DNA from: Shigella phage vB_SsoS-ISF002
Sequence record: MF093736
Reading direction: 5' to 3' (one strand)
DNA length: 50,564 bases
The position numbers were made by a program, and so were the translations under genes. The notes beneath the pieces were generated by a model. It did not search any database, was not told where the DNA came from, and was given only the letters and a program-made list of their open reading frames with translations. Below, piece by piece: positions 45,218-50,564 of this stretch. Every line of letters starts with the position of its first letter. The first letter of the stretch is position 1.

Positions 45218-45922
45218 ATGAAATTAATCTGGTCACTATTCGACGGTTCAGGTCTTGCAGGTCATGAGCTAGCAAAGCAAGGCCATAAGGTGATGTGCTT
45301 CAACTTTGACGGAGCCGATCACGGAGATTACGCAAAGTACAACGCCAGGGTTGAGCATCATAACATTGAGTATGTGAACGTCTTTATTAATGAGAAGTTC
45401 GAACGTGATGCTATCGCGGGTGTGTATGGCAAGCCTGATTTCATCATGGCATTTCCTCCATGCACTGACCTGGCTGTTAGTGGCGCTGCTCACTTCGCAA
45501 GAAAGCGTGAGCGAGATCCGTTATTCCAGGAGAAGGCTGTTGCTACCGCCCGGATTGCTGCGAATATTGGCGACTCTCTTGGCGTGACTTACATAATTGA
45601 GAATCCGGTGAGTGTCCTGTCATCTGCCTGGAGAAAACCAAATCACTCCTTCAACCCCTGGGAGTATGGCGGCTATCTTCCTGAGAATGACGCACACCCC
45701 TGGTTCCCTATGTATATTGCGCCGCGCGATGCTTATCCGAAGAAAACTTGTCTTTGGACCTCGGACGATTTTGTCATGCCGGAGAAAAAACCTGTAAGCC
45801 TGCCTGACGGGTACTCTACGCAACACAGCAAGCTGGGCGGCAAGTCGGCAAAGACGAAGCTGATACGATCCCTGTCGCCTCGTGGATTTTTCAAAGCGAT
45901 CGCAAATAGCACTTTTTGTTAA
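45218..45922 (+). CDS. compact DNA (cytosine-5)-methyltransferase-like protein
   Basis: Motif I-like LFDGSG, catalytic PC-like FPPCTDLAVSG, ENV-like IIENPVS; start at ATG with RBS gaggaagcaaca. Confidence 0.5.
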   Translation: MKLIWSLFDGSGLAGHELAKQGHKVMCFNFDGADHGDYAKYNARVEHHNIEYVNVFINEKFERDAIAGVYGKPDFIMAFPPCTDLAVSGAAHFARKRERDPLFQEKAVATARIAANIGDSLGVTYIIENPVSVLSSAWRKPNHSFNPWEYGGYLPENDAHPWFPMYIAPRDAYPKKTCLWTSDDFVMPEKKPVSLPDGYSTQHSKLGGKSAKTKLIRSLSPRGFFKAIANSTFC

Positions 45923-45925
45923 AAC
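45906..45925 (+). promoter_or_regulatory. conserved intergenic box overlapping the 3' end of the methyltransferase gene
   Basis: atagcactttttgttaaaac; its TAA is the gene stop. Confidence 0.5.
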
Positions 45926-45982
45926 TCGATCGGTGCGATTTGGCATAATTACCTCATCGAAACGAGATTGAGGAAAAACAAA

Positions 45983-46168
45983 ATGGCACGTCGCATCACT
46001 AAAGACCTTAAAGTTCTGAACAAAGAAAACGTAGTTAAAATCCTGGTTATTTGGGGATACAACGAAGAGTCAGCAAAGCAGAAGGTAGAGGCTGGTTATG
46101 ACTTGGCTGTCAAGGCAATGCCTAACGACGATGCCAAAGGCATTGCAAACTATGTAGCATTCTTCTAA
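45983..46168 (+). CDS. hypothetical protein (61 aa)
   Basis: ATG with RBS gagga. Confidence 0.45.
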   Translation: MARRITKDLKVLNKENVVKILVIWGYNEESAKQKVEAGYDLAVKAMPNDDAKGIANYVAFF

Positions 46169-46183
46169 TTAACGGGCTAACAA

Positions 46184-46369
46184 ATGAAAACGAAATTAGT
46201 GCATAAATCAGAAATCAAGATCGGCGATACTGTGATTCACAACGGAGAGTTAAGGACGGTTGATAAGCAGTCAATAAGCAGAGATGAATTTATGGGTCTG
46301 TTGTTGTTCGGCGACTCATATCGCCTAGGATACAAATTTGTCGAGCTTGTTGAGGATGTAAAATTCTAA
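46184..46369 (+). CDS. hypothetical protein (61 aa)
   Basis: ORF followed by a box. Confidence 0.45.
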   Translation: MKTKLVHKSEIKIGDTVIHNGELRTVDKQSISRDEFMGLLLFGDSYRLGYKFVELVEDVKF

Positions 46370-46378
46370 ATAGCACTT

Positions 46379-46398
46379 TTTGTTAAAACACGCCCGGT
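46379..46398 (+). promoter_or_regulatory. conserved intergenic box
   Basis: atagcactttttgttaaaac. Confidence 0.5.
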
Positions 46399-46444
46399 TA
46401 ATCAGGGTATAACTCCAACATAAACCAATCAGGAGAATGACTAG

Positions 46445-46825
46445 ATGACAGATTCAAAACTTCGGGCAGCAATTGACCGCGCAAATGAGAAGGGATTCAC
46501 AGTTGAGATTTGCAATCGCCTGGTGGGCGGGATAATCCACCCCAGCAACCGGGTTGTTATCACGCAACGCGATACCGGGATCAGTATCACGGATATCTTT
46601 ACCATTGAAGAGCATAAAAGCATGATTTCTTATATCAATCGTTACGTAGGATCGGTTGAGTTCGGAAAGCTGGACGGTGACGAGAAGGAGGCTATCATTG
46701 ACAACCTTCTCGAAGAGGTGAGTCTCGCGTTCGAAGAGCGACCGGATAACGGAACGACTCGTTGGGATTGCGACAAGATGGACGCAATCAACCGTATCCG
46801 TGAAATCCTGGAGGAAAGATTATGA
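46445..46825 (+). CDS. hypothetical protein (126 aa)
   Basis: RBS caggaga within the recurring accaatcaggag leader. Confidence 0.45.
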   Translation: MTDSKLRAAIDRANEKGFTVEICNRLVGGIIHPSNRVVITQRDTGISITDIFTIEEHKSMISYINRYVGSVEFGKLDGDEKEAIIDNLLEEVSLAFEERPDNGTTRWDCDKMDAINRIREILEERL

Positions 46826-46995
46826 TCGTATATATCGTTATGGGCGGCGTTACATATGAGGGTGAATATGTAGAGACTGTTCACCTTGATGAGAAGAAGG
46901 CGAAGCAGTACGAAAACAGAATGAAGGAACAGATTCGCGCCGGAAAAAGCATGTACGACTACACGACGATTGTTGAGAAGGAAATTACCGAATAG
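46822..46995 (+). CDS. hypothetical small protein (57 aa; not in the supplied ORF track)
   Basis: MIVYIVMGGVTYEGEYVETVHLDEKKAKQYENRMKEQIRAGKSMYDYTTIVEKEITE*; RBS ggagga; its stop TAG is inside a box. Confidence 0.4.
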   Translation: MIVYIVMGGVTYEGEYVETVHLDEKKAKQYENRMKEQIRAGKSMYDYTTIVEKEITE

Positions 46996-47010
46996 CACTT
47001 TTTGCTAAAC
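46992..47010 (+). promoter_or_regulatory. conserved intergenic box
   Basis: atagcactttttgctaaac, followed by the inverted repeat gggatgac / gtcatccc around tggtatagt. Confidence 0.5.
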
Positions 47011-47066
47011 GCTCATCCGGGATGACTGGTATAGTCATCCCATCAACAGCAAGCGAGGAAAGAGTT

Positions 47067-47438
47067 ATGTTTAAGCATTTCACAGATCTGGACTTCTCAG
47101 CCAGCACAGCAATCCAGACTGACGAGAAAGAAAGCGTAGCGATCGAGAACATCGAGCGCAAGATTTACAACAAGCAAGAGAAGGCCGTGAGAGCAGCTCT
47201 AACCGCCTATTATGGTGTAAGTGATGCAATGGAGTGCGTTAACCGCGTAACGCGCGTGGTGGACCGTTTGGGTGTGTCTAGTTTCGTCGATAAAGACACT
47301 GGAGAGGTAATCATCCAGCTAAACAACCCATCTATGCGTACTGAGTTAGGCAATATTGCACTGTGGGGAGTTGCTAACTATTCAATCACCGTCAACTCAT
47401 GTGTAGCGGATCGTGTTAAGGAGGCATTGTATGAATGA
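47067..47438 (+). CDS. hypothetical protein (123 aa)
   Basis: ATG with RBS gaggaaagag. Confidence 0.45.
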   Translation: MFKHFTDLDFSASTAIQTDEKESVAIENIERKIYNKQEKAVRAALTAYYGVSDAMECVNRVTRVVDRLGVSSFVDKDTGEVIIQLNNPSMRTELGNIALWGVANYSITVNSCVADRVKEALYE

Positions 47439-47631
47439 TAATATTTACCGCGTAGTTGCGATCTCACGCAAAACGCAAAAGAGTGTGATCGCTTACATGG
47501 GTAGTAGCGCCATTGAAGCTACGGATGCCTTCGAATTATTGAAGAACAACGAGGGATTTATGAACACGTTCCGCGTTCGACTTGAGCGCCTCGAGCCTGT
47601 TATCATTGATGAAGCGCGAAAGCTATCCTGA
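47431..47631 (+). CDS. hypothetical protein (66 aa)
   Basis: ATG with RBS aaggagg. Confidence 0.45.
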   Translation: MNDNIYRVVAISRKTQKSVIAYMGSSAIEATDAFELLKNNEGFMNTFRVRLERLEPVIIDEARKLS

Positions 47632-47648
47632 CTGGTTAAGGGGGAGCA

Positions 47649-47969
47649 ATGAAACACACTTACAAAATCACAACGAAGTCACCGAAGATTAACGGAAGCA
47701 CGGTTGCGGCACTGAATAACGCGGCGGCAATTCACGAAAAAAATATCATGGAGCGCGTGAAGGCGGCGGTAGGTAGATTCTACGGGATCAATGCCGACAT
47801 TGCCGACAGCAAGCGACTGTTCAAATACGTTCCAGGTCATCCATATGGCAGGATGATTGATATCAAGCATGAAAAAGAATTGGTTCGAATCGGATCGCTA
47901 AGCATTGATGAGTTCGATCATAGCATCAACCTGGTGACGGCGTATCAAACTTGGGACGGTAAAAAATGA
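47649..47969 (+). CDS. hypothetical protein (106 aa)
   Basis: ATG with RBS aagggggag. Confidence 0.45.
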   Translation: MKHTYKITTKSPKINGSTVAALNNAAAIHEKNIMERVKAAVGRFYGINADIADSKRLFKYVPGHPYGRMIDIKHEKELVRIGSLSIDEFDHSINLVTAYQTWDGKK

Positions 47970-48109
47970 TTTATATTCACACTTTCTATACTGGCAAATT
48001 TAACAGCGTAAAAAATGTTCGCGTTTACGATAGCCACCAAACAGCAATGATGCAGAGAGTAGTTCTAGGCGGCACAATCAAAGAGTGCAAAGTAATTTCT
48101 GAGTACTGA
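47966..48109 (+). CDS. hypothetical small protein (47 aa; not in the supplied ORF track)
   Basis: ATG overlaps the upstream TGA (ATGA); stop just before a box variant. Confidence 0.3.
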   Translation: MIYIHTFYTGKFNSVKNVRVYDSHQTAMMQRVVLGGTIKECKVISEY

Positions 48110-48185
48110 TAGCACGAATAGCTAAAGACAATCAGCAGGGAGTAAGGTATATTACTCCCACACCAAACAAACAAAGGAATTAAAA

Positions 48186-48410
48186 ATGAGCATTAAAGTT
48201 GAGAATATCATCAAGCACCTGAACGCGAAAGGCCGTGTAGTTATCAAAATGGATAAGTCTTCCGGTTTTATTTCAATGACGGTAACTAAGACTCGTAACG
48301 GTAATAACGTTATCGGCAGCACGCCAGGCTCGCGCTTAGTAAATGCAACAGATGCTGATGTGCGCGCTACGCTTGAGGCTAACTCAATTTACATTAATTC
48401 ATGGAGTTAA
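48186..48410 (+). CDS. hypothetical protein (74 aa)
   Basis: ATG with RBS aaaggaa. Confidence 0.45.
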   Translation: MSIKVENIIKHLNAKGRVVIKMDKSSGFISMTVTKTRNGNNVIGSTPGSRLVNATDADVRATLEANSIYINSWS

Positions 48411-48413
48411 TTG

Positions 48414-48626
48414 ATGGAACGGGATAATTTCTGGACTCGTTATTTTGCCGCTCTTGATGCCGGGCTTAGTGCGGAATGGTGTATCAAGGTTGCATATAAA
48501 GAAATTACGCTTGACGAAGCGCTAGGGAATATGGATATGGACGCAGAAAGTGAATATAATCCCGACTTCGAGATGCCAGACGATGATATTGGTGATAATG
48601 ACGACGACGATTATATTCCCTGGTAA
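48414..48626 (+). CDS. hypothetical protein with a strongly acidic C-terminus (70 aa)
   Basis: C-terminal DDDIGDNDDDDYIPW. Confidence 0.45.
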   Translation: MERDNFWTRYFAALDAGLSAEWCIKVAYKEITLDEALGNMDMDAESEYNPDFEMPDDDIGDNDDDDYIPW

Positions 48627-48645
48627 ATAGCACGATTTGTTAATA
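48627..48645 (+). promoter_or_regulatory. conserved intergenic box (variant)
   Basis: atagcacgatttgttaata. Confidence 0.45.
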
Positions 48646-48706
48646 TTGCCGTAAGGTCATTTGATAAAGTGACCTTATTCAAGATAACCAATCAGGAGTT
48701 AACGAA

Positions 48707-49123
48707 ATGAAATCCATCAAACTGAAATGCACTTACGCAGATAAAATCACAGGATTTGAAGTAAACAACCTATACAAGGGTCGTGAGCGCTATGATGGCA
48801 CTCGCGAAGTAAAATTAAAATGCGGCAAGTATTTAAAACTTGAAAAGCATGATGAATTACAGATTCACGGATCTGATGAAATCTTCTTCGCGAAGTTCAC
48901 TGAGTTGAAAACAAAGACGCTCAAGTGTACCGGGCTTGACCATCGCAACCCAATGAAAAAATCATTCAAAGTTGGCAAGCGTTACCAGGTTGAAAGCGGT
49001 CGCGCTCTCGGTGGCGTAGCTGGTTACATCTTTGATGAAGATGGTTGTCGCTGGACCTTATTTCGCGAAGAGGTTGGTTTTAGTATCGCAGACGGCACAA
49101 CCTTTGAGGCCAAATACTTATAA
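48707..49123 (+). CDS. hypothetical protein (138 aa)
   Basis: RBS within the accaatcaggag leader. Confidence 0.45.
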   Translation: MKSIKLKCTYADKITGFEVNNLYKGRERYDGTREVKLKCGKYLKLEKHDELQIHGSDEIFFAKFTELKTKTLKCTGLDHRNPMKKSFKVGKRYQVESGRALGGVAGYIFDEDGCRWTLFREEVGFSIADGTTFEAKYL

Positions 49124-49126
49124 CCA

Positions 49127-49145
49127 ATAGCACTTTTTGCAAAAC
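49127..49145 (+). promoter_or_regulatory. conserved intergenic box
   Basis: atagcactttttgcaaaac, followed by the inverted repeat ggtgta / tacacc around tatcat. Confidence 0.5.
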
Positions 49146-49199
49146 GCGTGTACCATTGGCGGTGTATCATTTACACCGTCAACTAAGGAGTTTATTGTG

Positions 49200-50564
49200 A
49201 TGTTTAATATTAAGCCAAAACTGAATTACCAACAGATTATTGAGATCGCCAATAGCACTGGAGTTAATCCGGTGGCGATCGCAATTCGTGAAAACAGCTA
49301 TGGTGACTCAGTTTCATTTTGGCAAGATCCGATCGATATCAATAGCGGCAACGATAAGTTCCCTCTGATTTCGTTAGGTGGCGATAACCTGGTATTCGAA
49401 TATGCAAAAGCAAAGGCCGAGTCTGTACAGTTCCCTGTTTCGTCTGCGTACGCTCATTTCATTGGGTGCATCTCAGCCGCGATGCTCGGGAAGTTTTGGG
49501 TGCAATATCACGGAGAAGAGCAACCTACCGCTCTTTACATGGTAATCAGCCAGCCACCTTCAACAGGTAAATCTGCGATTAACTCCGCAGCGATTACGCC
49601 TATGCGCGCAGAGATTCAGCGACTGAATGAAGAGCGAAAAAAGGAACGTATCCGTTTAACCAGTCAGCTACGTCAGGTCGAGAAGGAAATTAAAAACGAC
49701 CCGAAGGGTAACACGACGGCGGCGCTGTACGAGGACAAAGAAAAACTGGAAGAAAAGATCAAGAAGATGGCTGATATTGTTTTCGCGGTATCAGATCCTA
49801 CACCTGAAGGTCTTGCGAAGGTGGCGGCTGTTCAAGGTCACTTCTCAGTAATCTCTGATGAGGCGACAGCAATCAATACATTGCTCGGACTGACTTATGG
49901 CGGTTCTGATAAGAAATCAAACAGCGAACTTATCCTTAAGGCGTGGGATAAAAACCATATGGAGGTCGCGCGTTCAAACCAAGACAACAACTTATCTCTT
50001 TGCCCGGTCGGTTCGATCTGCGTCATTGCGCAGGATGAAACAATCAAGGGTATCATGGACGCAGGCCAGAGAGGCATCGGCGTATCTGAGCGTTTCCTTT
50101 TAGTTCGTGAGGAACCGCTTTTAGGTACTCGTATTCTTTGTGATGAAAATGGTGATGCGCTGTATAAGGAAGTCGATCGAGGATTGGTGAGTAAATATTA
50201 TCGACTCGTACACAACATCATGAAAGAGGATAACGTTGTTTTATCTGTAAGCCGTAATGCTATGCGTGAATTAAACCTTGCGCGTCAGGCGATGGAACCG
50301 GATTTCGCCGCAGGTGGGAAATACTCTCACTCAATGCTACGCGGTCATCTCGGCAAGTTCGATAAGCACGCCTTGCGTATTGCTTCAGTTCTCCACACGA
50401 TAAAGAATTGGGAGGGTGAATCACCGAACCGTTCCAACCGTGAGATTGACCTTGAAACAATGCAGGAAGCAATCATGATCTTTAATGAGCTTTCCAGGAC
50501 TTATCTGTCGTCTGCCAGCGCTGCCGGGTATGCTGGTGATGATGCTGAATCTCGTAAGCTGATT
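49200..50564 (+). CDS. 5' part of a large P-loop-containing protein; the ORF runs off the window end in-frame
   Basis: ATG at 49200 with RBS aaggag; Walker A-like VISQPPSTGKSAI; no stop before base 50564; the last full codon ends exactly at the window end. Confidence 0.5.
   Translation, partial: MFNIKPKLNYQQIIEIANSTGVNPVAIAIRENSYGDSVSFWQDPIDINSGNDKFPLISLGGDNLVFEYAKAKAESVQFPVSSAYAHFIGCISAAMLGKFWVQYHGEEQPTALYMVISQPPSTGKSAINSAAITPMRAEIQRLNEERKKERIRLTSQLRQVEKEIKNDPKGNTTAALYEDKEKLEEKIKKMADIVFAVSDPTPEGLAKVAAVQGHFSVISDEATAINTLLGLTYGGSDKKSNSELILKAWDKNHMEVARSNQDNNLSLCPVGSICVIAQDETIKGIMDAGQRGIGVSERFLLVREEPLLGTRILCDENGDALYKEVDRGLVSKYYRLVHNIMKEDNVVLSVSRNAMRELNLARQAMEPDFAAGGKYSHSMLRGHLGKFDKHALRIASVLHTIKNWEGESPNRSNREIDLETMQEAIMIFNELSRTYLSSASAAGYAGDDAESRKLI

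Noticed and set aside
1-50564. Direct terminal repeat between the window ends
   Set aside because: The first and last ~200 nt show no sequence identity by eye, so no terminal redundancy is contained within the window; in-frame continuity of the end-spanning ORF still allows a circular permutation.

Overview
The window reads as a complete or near-complete genome of a virulent, T1-like (Drexlerviridae-type) siphovirus, about 50.5 kb. This lineage call is inferred from gene content and order only; no database search was possible. No integrase, tRNA, CRISPR array or mobile element was found. Two divergent gene arms leave an AT-rich control region at about 44.6-45.2 kb. The short rightward arm (45218 to window end, continuing in-frame at 1..1021) holds small early genes and a compact C5-methyltransferase-like gene. 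The long leftward arm (44605 down to 908) holds small early genes, a split kinase/phosphatase pair, terminase, portal, capsid and tail genes, a recombination/replication block (exonuclease, Erf, SSB, helicase, VRR-NUC, Dam) and a lysis cassette (holin, endolysin, unimolecular spanin). Two plus-strand islands interrupt the leftward arm: HTH protein, primase and tail fibre (8039..11382), and a lipoprotein with a candidate receptor-binding protein (14204..15393). The most striking feature not explained by coding content is a conserved ~20-bp box (ATAGCAC-N5-TTGYTAAAAC) found at about 25 gene boundaries, usually followed by an inverted repeat around a -10-like hexamer and a conserved leader. Other points: a -1 frameshift site in the tail chaperone gene, a 29-bp tandem duplication at the tail-fibre 3' end, a spanin ORF that reads through a terminator hairpin, and an ORF that joins in-frame across the window ends. 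All functional calls rest on motifs read by eye.
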